From NCBI GenBank assembly GCA_002189035.1, contig NEEC01000018.1, forward strand, positions 372,001-436,000: a stretch of DNA of 64,000 nucleotides, in the 5' to 3' direction. Positions 25,072 through 37,990 of the stretch are shown here, piece by piece. The stretch is from Utricularia gibba. Its lineage: Eukaryota > Plantae > Magnoliophyta. Numbering within the stretch: the first letter of the stretch is position 1; each line of letters starts with the position of its first letter. Under the pieces are notes generated by a model. It had not been told where the DNA came from and ran no database searches. It saw only the letters and a program-made list of their open reading frames with translations. Made by a program: the position numbers and the translations under genes.

Positions 25072-28000
25072 TCACCCTTCCCAAACCAACTGGAATATGT
25101 TTCTGCTGGCAGATCCACTTATGAGGCCGTTGCTCTGCTTCCTCAGCATGTCCTTCTGTGCAGCAACATCGCCATCCTGTGTTTATTTCAACAATTTGTG
25201 CAATGAGTATAAAAGGAAGCCTCAATGACCCCCTCACGCCCAAGTAAGCATATATCAAACTAGAGTAGTGCACTATATCCACGCGACAGATACATGTATA
25301 CACAACTGATTTGAACATGAAGCAACCATCAGAGCTGGATATATCACTGTAACTGGATGAGCGTCATCTTACTAGGAGAGGATATGTAGAACTTACAATA
25401 ATGGAGAACTTACAAGGCAGGAATATGCACGAGCAAGAGAAATCAAAGTTGGATACATCTCCAGAACAGCAAGAGCAAGATCTTCAGTAACTTGAGGAAC
25501 CTGTGGGAAATACTAGAACAGCTTATTAATATCAGATCTAATCTGATATGACAGCATCAACGCTACATGCTTGTCTTCAATGCTCGAAATTCATGACTGA
25601 TACGTTATTTTCACTATTTTCTCTCAATTAACGGAAGTTAGAAAAATTAATCTGCAGTTGCTGGTGCAAGAAGCAGGAAAACGATCCTGCAGTCTACCTG
25701 CATTAGTTGGACTGCGAAGACGTCACTAATGGTCAATTTCTCTAAATCATGACACATTTTGATGAATTCATGGAAAGGACGGCACACCCCTGAAGACGTT
25801 TCTTTATGATCCAAAGACCTGTAGTATTCGTTTATCGACTGAGTTAGATACCCATATCTTTTCAGTGTATCAAGTAAGCTCGCTGTCCTTTGTACATCAA
25901 AACCCTCCAATATCTCTGTTGTGAAGCAACTGCAAAACAGAAGAATTTGACCAGTGTGTATGTATGGCAGTTTGTCAACCAAATCAACATGCATGAACAT
26001 TGTCACCAACTCTTGTTCAGTGATTATCTGAATGTTTGTTGACACTTGAATGAAAGAACATGCTGCATCCCTTACGCTGTTTTCACACTTTCTGCAGATT
26101 GACAGATATTTGGATCACCTTCGACCAGGTAAATCATCTTCTTCAGCCCACATCTCTTTACATTGTTGTCCAATACAGCAGAAAGAATGCGAAATATCAG
26201 GATGGGAAAAGAAAGACATGCTTGTAAGAAATAATGTCATTTTGAAGAATTTTCATGGATATTTGATGTCAGCAGGACAAGAAAACAAACAATTCATACT
26301 TATAGAACATGTAAATGGTTCATTCCATCTGTCGAATATACTTTAAATCCCGCAATTGGATTGCACAAAGCTCAAACTATTTCCACTAATTTACAAGGTC
26401 ACCACACAACCAAACACAAAACCGGAATCCAAAATCCACTTTCTCTGGACTTTGTAGCACCCATCAGAACTATAAACTTATTACGTAAAAAACCATGAGA
26501 TGCAAGCAAAAGGATAGTGGCACATTTACCTGCAGCCGCAATTTCTGATCTCGATATCTGTTGTCCCTAATTGAAGTGCGCAGATCATCAACCTCTTTTC
26601 TTTCAACAATAAAATCAAGAACATATTCAGTGCCTAGGTACGTATGACGAGCTACCCAAATTCCATCACCCAACGGTAGTCTTCGAACCTACAAATAAAT
26701 GAAACTGTAGGAGGCTGCTGACTAACAAAGACAGTAATACACCAATGGCATAATTCAGAAGATAGGTTTTTTTTTAAAAGATCGTAACACGCAACTAATC
26801 ATCACTAGTACAAGAAAAGAACATTTTGTACAAATTTACAGAATGCACACAGAAATGAACTAACCTCTATCTGAATCTTAAACTGAGAACATATTTTCTC
26901 TATGATTTTCCCCGAGCGAAAACTACATATATCATGGATAGCAGCAATAATCACAAAGAGTTATCATTAAAGAAACACTATATATCTAAATTTGGATGAT
27001 GCACAATTATAATTAAGAATCCAGATTTGGCATACTTGCTAAGACAATTAAACAAGGAAAAACAATATAATGTCATGAATCTCGAACAACTCTGAATACA
27101 AATAAAAGTCAAAAATTGAAAACTGCCAAAAACCGTGCCCATCATGAAGTTAAAAATATGCAGCTCTTACCCTTTAGATGTAAATTGCTCCCTCTGATCT
27201 AGTATCAAAATTACTTCATACACATCACCAAATTCCTCTCCATACATCAGTGGTGGCGTAGATAGCCTATTAGTTTTGGCATGTTTGCTCAAATCATAAC
27301 CCTGGGCATACCAGGAGAGGTGTAAAATACTAAGCAAGACATAAACCATAAGATACCCAACTCCTTGACATAGACGAGCTAATGCCAAAAGACAAGTTAT
27401 TGTTAACTTACATGGGAAGAGCAAGCTTTCAAAGTGCCAGAACTCTTTTCAAAATTGTTGGTAAGTGATATTTTTTCGCTACGTGCTGCATGCTCATGTG
27501 CATGTGGATAAAGACCATTTAACCTTGAATGGGCTGTGCAGGGAAAGTTGATCATCACAAGGCAGCACATTTGCCAATATGATGTTTCTTTATGAAATGC
27601 GGATGTTTACCAGGATTAGAATTTACAGAGATTGATTTGTAGACCTCATCTTCTCTTAGCCGGCAAAGAACGGTTGGCCAAAGTGAAGATATATCCTTTT
27701 CTGAGTTTCCCATAATTTCAGAAAAGACCTGGATAACTCTTTGGCGAGAAAATCCCATGCTCATGAACTACAAAGAAAAACGAAAAATGAGCATGATTAA
27801 CTGAAAATTTCGGAATGATGTGATGAATGATGAAAAACTTGAAGAAACTATTCAGATGTAGCATCTTCTTTCATCTACAAATCATCAAATCACTTTCAGC
27901 ATATAGACTTGACAGACATGTAAATCATTGCCAGATGTTAAGCATATCTGCTGAACTTCAGAAACAATGAAACACACATAAAAAAACAGGGGGTACAATA

Positions 28001-29494
28001 TTTCAGGTAGTGTGATGCCAAAGAAAATTAGAAAGACCTTGTCAAGATACTCCACAGGGACATCTGTTGTTTTTTCAGGTTGCATCAGCTTAAATGTTGA
28101 CGCTTTTTCCATTGTAACACAACCAACTATCACCGGATCTTCCAAATCTTTTTGTGTTTCAACTGTGAGATCCTTCTTCTGCTGCAGAGTCGAGCATTCT
28201 TCTTCTAATCCAGATCTTGAAAGGCATTCATTTGCTACTTCCTTGCCTTCCTCGGTAAGCATATACCTGCATGGATAACATATCAGGACTAAAATTTATG
28301 CAGTTCAAATGAATGAAGAATTACATCCTGATGGAAACCCACATAAATGAAAAGGAAAAAATGAGGGGGAAAACAAATGCTTATAGGGGTTCAGTCGATG
28401 CATTATTAATTATATGACATCAACATAACACCACAGAAGCATACTTGGCCGGGCAGCTAGATTTCAAAACAAGCCCCCTCGAGATAAGTGTTTTCATACA
28501 GCTCCATCCACTGTACCATTCCCTAGGTGAGCTTCCAAAATGGGTAGCTTTCCCATTTCCCTTTCCTGGGCTGGATCAAGGAAAAGAATGTGGAAACATT
28601 CAAGATCAGCATCACTACTTCAAATTTTGAATTACTTGAATACAAAACTTACGCAATTGGCACACGAGACAATCCACTTGCTTCAGCAACATCAATGAGT
28701 TCATTTTTATGCATAAATCCATCCCCTTCCTTGGTTTCCCTGATTCCAAAACCATAGAAAAACATTGGTTTTCACAATACAGCACAAACAAGACCAAGTA
28801 ACAACCACAAATACTCACAGTGCTCATGATGTACCTGAAGAGTGTAATAAGTAAGGCATAGGCAACAGAGCTCTTTTGAGGAATATATCGTTTTGTCCCT
28901 TTAGTCGACTTGCCTAAAAGCAGTTTATTGTTAAGATGCTCAGCGGTAGATAAAAAAGCATAAATTGTACCTTTATTAGTCAAGCTGCTCTGTGGTACAT
29001 CAGACTTGTTAGCAAAAAAACCTTTCATTTGCTTCAAAATCCACTTACCAACTCCCCTAGAAGTTCCATTGGCAAAAAGTATGTATCTTAAATGTCGGTG
29101 ATACAGCACGCACAAAAATTAGAATAAGTAAATTACATAACTGATTCCATCTTATTGAAGAAAAACGTCATATAAAGTGCATATCCCTTATCTCTTAAAT
29201 ATAAAGAAAAGTATCTGGTTCCGGAAAAACGTAGCTGTAAAGTTGGACATCAAGCATGCATTAGTAATAGGAACATGTGTAACATTCCCAAATTCAAACT
29301 CACTTAATTTCAGACAAATCCCTAAGCGTCGTGATTGGAGTTTTGCAAGCACAAACATTGGAATAAGCCTTGGACATCGTCATGTCCATGTTGCTAGAAA
29401 TCCCTTTTGCGCTCTCACCCAGTTCTTGCCATGTGTTCCACAGATACCTCGCGATTTCCTCGTTTTCGGGGCAGGTCAGAGTTTTCCGGTCCAT
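25072..29494 (-). CDS. MUS81: Crossover junction endonuclease MUS81; 15 exons, intact, 642 aa
   Basis: Exons 29304-29494, 28971-29056, 28835-28913, 28653-28739, 28445-28570, 28038-28266, 27611-27767, 27412-27533, 27171-27301, 26865-26922, 26530-26688, 26076-26155, 25698-25929, 25414-25500, 25072-25176. All introns are GT-AG, phases are consistent, and the total is 1929 nt. Contains the N-terminal CPEN/HhH, winged helix (REWYSGWSCM), ERCC4 nuclease (GDGIW; VERKEVDDL) and C-terminal HhH. Confidence 0.96.
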
Positions 29495-30704
29495 CTATCG
29501 ATTGACTATTCAAAGGGCGACGTTGGAGGCTTCATCTGATGCGCATTCCTGCAAAGAACATCTATTCGACGCAGCCATAAGTGAGAACTGCGAAGAGGCT
29601 TCTTTCAAAACAAAAATGGCGGCCAAGATCCAACTAAAACCTTATAAAGGAATTTTATTGATCGAATGCCAAGTGCTAGCCTTTCTGCTTAAACAAGCAA
29701 CAGATTCTCATCTGCGTTTCTGAACCAGCAAAAGGTGCGGTATGCCTTGTCAAAGCTTTGCACGTCTACTGGGGTGATATCTTCGCTGCTCACGAAACGA
29801 CCTCAATAGCACAATCCTCATTAACCAAAACAAAGCAAATCAGCCTCGAATTCGGAAGCATTTGAGAAAATCAAAGACGTGGATCTCGAAATCTGTATGT
29901 AAACGTTTTGCGCGGTGTGTTGATGAAAAAATGATACGTTTTCATATTTGAATATTAAAAATAAATAAAATAATAGATAATTATAAAAATATAAAACTAT
30001 TTTTTGTGTGTGACAATATGAATACAAAGTGGCTAAATTTCACATTTATATTCATTATTTCCGATGTGAATGTTGAATATGGATGTAAAATGGGTCAACA
30101 TTGAGATAATATGAAATATAAATTTTTCCGAATCATATATTGTACAAATGAAGACTTCCTATCTGTCGTACGTAATGTTTAATTGTACGTATCATTTATT
30201 CTATGATGTTTTTGATGCATTGCATCTGTATATCGCACGAGGATATACTTCAATAACACCTATGTTTATTCTCTGAATCTCAAATGAGTATTGATTATGA
30301 CTCTTCTAGACATGAGATAACTTTTGATTATTATTACCTTTAATCATATTTAACAAATATTTACTAATCAAATTATATTTGAATACTGATCAAAATATAT
30401 ATATTTGGATGGATAGATTATGTTTATGAGTTTTTTTAACAACGATTTTGATGATCTAAGAAATAGATGTGTGTAGCTGAATAATCAAATTATAGAAATT
30501 ATAGAATTGAAAGAGCAAGTAAATAAAAGAAAATTCAAAGATCACTACAAAGATATGTTAACTTATAAGCTGTGTTCAATATAAATGAATGAAAATTTAT
30601 GGATAATTAATTAAAATTCGTATATAATTATTTATGAATTTAATATTTTGTATAATATATATTTTCGATTCTTTTTATATATTTTCATTTTAAAGTTGAT
30701 TTAA

Positions 30705-30730
30705 ATAATAATAATAATAATAATAATAAT
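30705..30730. repeat. (AAT)n microsatellite
   Basis: ataataataataataataataataat read directly. Confidence 0.9.
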
Positions 30731-32110
30731 ATGATTTTATATTAATAAATTTTATGAAATGAAAGTAATTTACAAGGTGCAGTTACTTTACAAATAATTT
30801 ATGAAATTAAATTGTTTATCCAGCACAGTTACTGTACAAAAAACGCCCAAAAATATCTTCCTTCAAGATCATGGATTTAATATACAAATGAAAGTTGCGT
30901 TGGGATGGGCTAAGCTGATCCAACCTTATTCTTAAAAATTTGCACCAAATTTCGGGATAAGATCTATAGAGTCTTGTATGATCCTACTTCACTTATTCAT
31001 TGGATCTTTTTTTAAATATTGTATAAAGTTAAATATTTAAATTATAAATATTGATGATAATCAAATACCTAATAGAAAATTATCATTAATTTTAATTATT
31101 TATGAAAAAAGGATATAATTCATATAAAATGAATTAAAATTATCTGAAAATTAAATATTTCCATTTAAAAAATAATTATAAATAATATTTAATTTTATAT
31201 TCAAAAAATATGAAAAATATGTGGACCAATTTTGTTGATAACCTTGTTGGACTTTTCAACCTCGAGTCGAAGTCCAAAAAGTCCGATGATAATATGGGTC
31301 TAAATTTTAATCTATAGTTTAATTGAACAAGTTGGTATTGTCCAAATCTGAAATGCAAAAATTTGTCGAGAAAATGGCTCATCCAACAAATAAGTAAAAA
31401 ATTAAGTTAGTCTATATAATGAACTTCATTTAGTATATAGTGTACATATAATATATGATTCACCATGCATATTAAATATATCATTTTTAATTAATGTTTA
31501 CTTAATTTTTATAATAATTATATTGATTTATTATATTATATTTTCTTCTCACACACTGTCTAATAATCAATTTTGTTAATGTAAGATTATGGTCGTGATG
31601 AGTTTTGTAATTGATTGGGGGCATATTGTTAGCCACACGTGCGAAGGGTGGTGTTTCACGTCGCCCTGCTTGATGACAAGGAGCACGCAAAGGGAAAGCA
31701 AGAAGCCACAAGCCCAAGTGTAGATATTCTTCAATGCACGCACACTCCCAAATGGCATAAAAAAAGTGAAGTTGTGCGTTTTTTGGAACTTTACCGATTT
31801 GATATCGATGTATTAAACTGTGAGATACGTCAGCGCTGGAACCCCAAATGCCTGTCTGTGGCAACAACAAACTTGCACAGCATTCAATATTCATGAGTCC
31901 TGCTCCATCTACATTAAATTGGGAGGGTCTGTGGCAATCAAAAAGGCTGGTTTATTTATGGTACTGTTAGATCACTTCAAACCGATACATCTTCTAGTTT
32001 AGAACAGAGAGTGCTTAAGCTTGTCAGGCCACAGTTCAACGCATACCAAGAACTCCAATTTTCTAGTAGATTTCAAGGACCAGACTCTTCTATTCAACAT
32101 AGTTCTATGA

Positions 32111-33088
32111 TCAGCTGTTTTCCTTCCCGGTCTCTCCACCACTGCGACTGGTGGAGGAGTTTATCAGCCCTTCAGTAGCAGCAACACCCGGTTTATCTCT
32201 AGCGTTACCTTCATGTGTGTCAGTTGGTCCTGGTCTGAGTGGTTGATGCATCTGCAGACCTTGCAATTGGTGTGGGGTACCGAATGGCGCCCTTGGGGTA
32301 TAGCAACTGGCTGCTGAGCCATGGCAGCTGCCTGAGGATGCTGCATGAGATAACCTCCTTGCTGGATTCCAGGATGAGGAGTCAACTGTTTTCACGTATA
32401 TTCTGAGTCAGGATTTAAGCCACAGTCAATTAATTATTCAATGCTGATTGCTAGAGATACCTGCGTCGGTATCACCGATGGTTGTGGCTGTGCATCTGCA
32501 ATAGCAGCCAAATACATCAAGTTCTTCTGAAGTTGAGCCTGATACCTGATCATCCCCGAGTTAAAAAAAGAGCCAATATCATTAGCCACAGAGAAAGTAC
32601 TTGCTTTTTCTCAGAAGAAAAACAACCAAGAGGAGACTTACTGTGCACATTCAGCAAGCTTGCCAAGATTCTGATTATCCAAAATCGCTAATATCAATTT
32701 TTTGTTCTCATCAAGGTACTGCATGATCAATTTTATCACAAGTATGGGTTACCTAGGCAATTTTATTGCTGAATACGGGGTGTGGAGGGAAGAAACCATG
32801 ATCAACAATGGGATTGCTCTTATCGATATTCATTAGCTATTCATAGCAGAAACATAGTAAAGACAGAGACGGCATTCGAAAATCCCTGTACCAAATTCTT
32901 GTGAAGGAGCTACTAACGAAGGGGCACAAAAAGCATCCAGAAACAGGAACAAGCCTGAGTTTTTAAACACAATACAGTCATGGAATAGCAAGAGAAGAAA
33001 GAGCAAACACCTTCTGAATCTGTTCCGTGGTTATGGGAGTAGGCGGAAATGATGGCATGACAGGAAACATTGGCGCCGGCTGCTGCAT
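32111..33088 (-). CDS. GIF: GRF-interacting factor (GIF2/GIF3-type, SSXT/SNH domain); 4 exons; 1-nt frameshift in exon 4 as sequenced
   Basis: Exons 33011-33088, 32642-32718, 32461-32545, 32111-32385 encode MQQPAPMFPVMPSFPPTPITTEQIQK|YLDENKKLILAILDNQNLGKLAECAQ|YQAQLQKNLMYLAAIADAQPQ, the canonical SNH domain. Total is 515 nt; one extra G near 32307 joins QHPQAAAMAQQ to the PFGTPHQLQ tail. Confidence 0.93.
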
Positions 33089-34499
33089 CTTTTCTGTTCA
33101 CCAGTTGGATAGGAATCCCCAGACCTTTGATTTCACGCTTCAAAGAAAAAGGCAGTATCAAATTGCGCGGAAAAGAAGAGAGGGGAGAGAAACCCTACTC
33201 ACACACCACCAGAAACCGGGGAAAACCCCAACACCTACAACGCTTGAATTGACAGTTGACACACGGAGAGAAATCGACAAGGAAATTCAACGTTTTCGGG
33301 AAAAAGATTACAAGCTGCAAATAGGGTATGATTTTCTGTGAGAAAAGGATTACAGGTGTACTGCTGAGGAATCGGGTTCTGGAGACAAACCCGACTTCCA
33401 AAGAAATTAAAAATAATAATATTTTTCATTATTTTTTAACCATTTACCTGACAACAATTCTAAAAAATCAGGGAGAGCGTAATTTTTTGTTAAAAAAAGT
33501 GTACAATTTCCTAACTTCTTATTTATTAAAACATAACCAAAAGATTTTTTCACATCAATTGTGTTAAGAAAAAGATTCATATATAAATACATTTGGATAT
33601 AATATATTAATAAATAGCAATATATACCACATAAACTTAAAAAATTCTTTTATATATTACCCTAATTTTATTTCAAACTCATCTCTTTTGGTTTCTCACC
33701 TCATTATTTTAGTTTACTCCAATCTTTTTTGGACCTACCACCCTCATTTCCAATCACTTCAATGGTCATAATTATGTGGCATAGTGGAAGTCGATTTATA
33801 TAGCTTTCAAAGGATGCAATCATCTCCACCACATTGATGGATCCATGAAGTCATAATCATGAACTCTAGGGCAAACATTGTAGGTGATGCAGTTTCGAAA
33901 AGAATTTTGCTCAAAAAAATAGAATTTACACAACAGTAAGAGAATTTGTATGCTTCAAATTCCATACTTCAATGAAGAACAATATCACAAATTTTCGTAA
34001 ATCAATTCACAATAGGATAAATCAGTCTCATGGAATGAACATCATCATTTCAATATCTTTTCTAGAGTTTTTAGGTATAATAGCAAAACAAGAATGAAAA
34101 GTTCAACTACATATCACATGCTCATAAATATAAATAGGGAAAGCAAAAAACAACTAGGAAGATAATCCCAACAGCAAGTAAACATCAGCACCAAACAAAC
34201 CAACAGCAAGGATTGGCTGAAAACCGCCTTACATTGAATAGAAACACCTTGGGCAGCACAAACAGCAACTTCTCGGCATAACTCCTGCAGTCCACCTTGA
34301 GAAACACACAATAAATTCAAAGAATACTAACTACAATTCCTATAATTCCTATACACAGTCACGAACAAGGCAACATTACTTTACCTAAATTAGGCGTTGG
34401 TTGCTCCCCTCCACAATTGGGTGTTTACCTTAGTCTTGTTGGGCTTCAACTCCCAAGGATAATAAGGGATCATATGTCGGACTCTATATCTTTTATTAA

Positions 34500-35495
34500 C
34501 AATGAAAAAAATTAAGTTGATCACAATAACAATATACAATACTTTATGTATTGTAGACATTGAAAATGTCTATACAATGAATGAGGGAAGGCAAACGAAT
34601 GTTGTAAACATTAACATTGATACGAGCTAGGACCTCGATAGGTCCAATCTTGTTATTTTCAAGCTTGTGATATTCATGTATTGGATAACGATCCTTAGTG
34701 AGGATCACCAAAACCTGATCCCGCATAGTGAATTTAACATGTCACATCTTTCGATTAGCATCCCTTTTGTCGGCTTTAGAGGCAGCAATGAGCCTCGTCT
34801 TGACCTCTTCATGCCTCTACTTCAAATCATGAACAAAATCTAATGCCTTTTCATTGAATCTAGCAATATTAACAATAGATGTCAAATCAGTAGGACTACT
34901 TGGCTTGAAAGAATAAACTATCTAGAAGGAATTAAACCCACTGCTGCATTTAGTCATATGATTATGCACAAATTCAGCTTGGCTAATCTTCATGTCAAGT
35001 TTCCCAAATATCTGTTCATAGCTTTTGTCTGGCCATTGATTTCCAGGTGATAATCAAAGCTGAATTCACTATGGTACTTATAAATTTCCATAAACATCTC
35101 AAAAAAATGGCCCATGAAGTAAGTGTCTCGATCAGAAACAATAGGCATAAGTAGCTCGTGAAGTATGTAGACTTCTTGGAAAAATAACTGGGCTACTGGT
35201 TGAGCATCATTAGTTTACTTGCATGGAAGGAAATGAGTCATTTTAAAAAAATGATTCACCACCACAAAAATTGAATCAAAGCTCCAAGAAGAGAAGGAAG
35301 TCCAAGCATAAAATCCATGCTAATATTTGCCCATGATTGGTTGTTGAGGTATTGGGGGAGAATGATACAGTCCAACATTAGTGACAGCATCTTTGATGCA
35401 ATGACACATTAGACATCCTCACACAAAGCGAGCAACTTGTTTCTACATATCTAGCAAAAAATAAGACTGACTTATCAAGTACACAATTCAATCGT
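34500..35495 (-). mobile_element. Degenerate Ty3/gypsy integrase (core and C-terminus)
   Basis: DQVLVILTKDRYP...KIGPIEVLARINVNVYNIRLP (34544-34726). Hand-read ..VARFV.GC..C..K and GLY...PIP..WANISMDFMLGLP at ~35300-35450. Confidence 0.85.
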
Positions 35496-36029
35496 GACTC
35501 ACGTGGCCTTCATAGGATCTTTTATTAAGGGTAAATTACTTCTTTCACCAAAAGTTGAAGAGATAATTCCAAATTATAACCAACTTTATCTTTTAATATT
35601 CCATCTCATTTCCACATCAGCATTTCTTGTATTTTTTGCACGAAAATTCACTCATCATTTTATGTGTATTTTTTATACGAAAAATCACATAAATAGAATA
35701 TTGTATTTATTTATTTTTATATTATATCATAAGCAATCCGTTCAATGCATTAATACATATGTGACATTGACATGTTTAGATTTTAATACTAAAATTTTGA
35801 AAAAAGTTTGGTATAACATTAAATTAATTTATCTTTTTTCCAATTCAAAATTAAAAAATGAAGCAATAGTACACATGTGATACTAGCATGTTCAGATTTT
35901 AACATTAAAATTTTGAAAAAGTTTGGTATAATAGTAAATTCATTTATCTTTTTTCCAATTCAAAATTAAAAAACGAAGCATATTATGAAATATATCTCTC
36001 ATATCATCATTCTTCCTCCTCTTCTTTCT

Positions 36030-37220
36030 CTCATAATTTCAATGGCTTCCTCTCCAATTGAGATCCGATTGTACTGAGGAGTTAACTTGTTTTATGGAAA
36101 CAATAGTATGTGCTATGACTCACCATCGCAATTTTTTGTTTGGGTTGCTCGGGATACATCCATATCCATGCTACTGTCGTTGATTTATGAAATTATGCAA
36201 TTATCTTCAACTGAGTATTCTATTAGCATTATTGTGAATTATGTTGCTATAGATCCAATAATGGGTTTTCAGAGGTACTGCTATCCTTTTGATCAAATGG
36301 ATGATAGTTTGTCTTTAATTTTTAATCAAAGTCGTATGATTTCAAGTGTTGATAATATATATTAGTACAAATTCAAGTTTCATGAATTTGATCATTCAAA
36401 AATACATTGGTATGTAAATTTTTTTTCTAAATAATATTTATTATTATTAGTTTTAAATTACATTTAGGATATTTTTTTGGATTCACATGATTAAAATATG
36501 CTAATGGTATATTGTATTTTTAATTTTTGAAAGATGCTACTAAATAAGCTGAATATGAAATGATGCAATAAGTTATTTCATCTCCACTTTCTTCAAGTGA
36601 TGAGAATAATGAACAAACAGAAGGTAGATATTATGAAAGTTATATGACAATGAAAATTCCAACAATAATTGAATATGAAAAGATTTTGAACTTCTTTGAT
36701 ATAATATGTGATGATTCATGCAAGAGGGTTTTCTTTAAAGATATAATTTCAATGAAGTAAGCATTGAGTTATTATTGTATCATGAAACTGAAAATGTCTT
36801 TCCATGTTGAGAAGAGCAACAACAAGCAATATGAAATAAATTATATCAACCGAAATGCAACGCCTTCATGTGAATAGCGTGTTAGGATATGGAACAACAG
36901 TGTTACTCAGTTTTGAACTATGACACAATACGAGGGCCTCATATTTGTTTTTCTAACAGTTTCAAAATTGCTAGAAATGATAGTATTACTAGCAAATTTG
37001 TATCTCTTCACATCATGAACAAGGTTAAAGCGAATCCAGGGATACATGTTTCTGATTTCATTGATGATATTGATGAAATTTATCATTTCAAGATATTATA
37101 TAAATTTGAATGGATTGTTGTTAGGTGTGCTATCATGCATATGTATGGTATTTGAGAGGAATCGATGACAAAACTCCATTCTTATTTGTTATGTATTAAG
37201 GAATTCAACCCAGATAATTC
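36030..37220 (+). mobile_element. Degenerate MULE transposase N-terminal remnant inserted into the gypsy pol
   Basis: Hand-read ...AIMHMYGI*EESMTKLHSYLLCIKEFNP matches the recalled MULE YG.WEES+..LP.Y...+K..NPG motif. Gypsy pol fragments lie on both sides. Confidence 0.6.
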
Positions 37221-37374
37221 ATTTTTATTATTCGATAAATATTGATATTTTTTTACTAATATATTTGTTTTATCACATATACTATATTTGAATATGAAAA
37301 TTTTCGTTCTTATGATAACAAGCCAATGCTACACTATGTATTTTGGACTTTTGGATCATGTGTCTATTTTCACA

Positions 37375-37620
37375 ATAGAGTTCTTCAATTAATTGTAAGC
37401 AAATACTTGATTCCGGTACACATAATCGAACCCCTTTAAATAGAAAGCCATTTATAAAAGCCTAATCACCTTATTGTCCATCCCAATATAAGGCAACAAT
37501 AGGACCATAATACCCATCTTCAACATATAATTCCTTCAATGACTAAAATCTGGTCCGACAACTATTTTACTTAATACCCATTTTTGCAATTTTGACAAAC
37601 AATGAGAACAATCGATGACA
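37375..37620 (-). mobile_element. Ty3/gypsy RNase H-integrase junction fragment
   Basis: Hand translation LKELYVEDGYYGPI...FINGFLFKGVRLCVPESSICLQLIEE. This region normally precedes the HHCC integrase segment that resumes at ~35490. Confidence 0.75.
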
Positions 37621-37990
37621 AAGTCCCATTTTTTTATTCAAGAGAAGTGATTCTCTAGTCTAACAACTAATTTACCTACTCTTCAATCATTAAAATTGTT
37701 GATTTGTATTTCAAATAATATCCAAAAAATCTGCAGAATGTTAATTTTTTACTGGGGTTGGTTTATTTTAAAAATTAGAATTTGTTATTTATTTGGTTCA
37801 AAATATAGCGTTAAAAATAAATTAGGATAAATATTCAAACATTAGGGCTTTAGGCGACAGGCCTGACGCCACAGCAGTGAGTGTAGGCGTTGTTCACTCT
37901 CAAGTCTCACCGGATTTTTGCTGGTGGATCAGGTTGAGCTATCTGTTTTCTTGATTCCTGAAGCTTAGTTACCCTGGAGCAATCTCAGAA

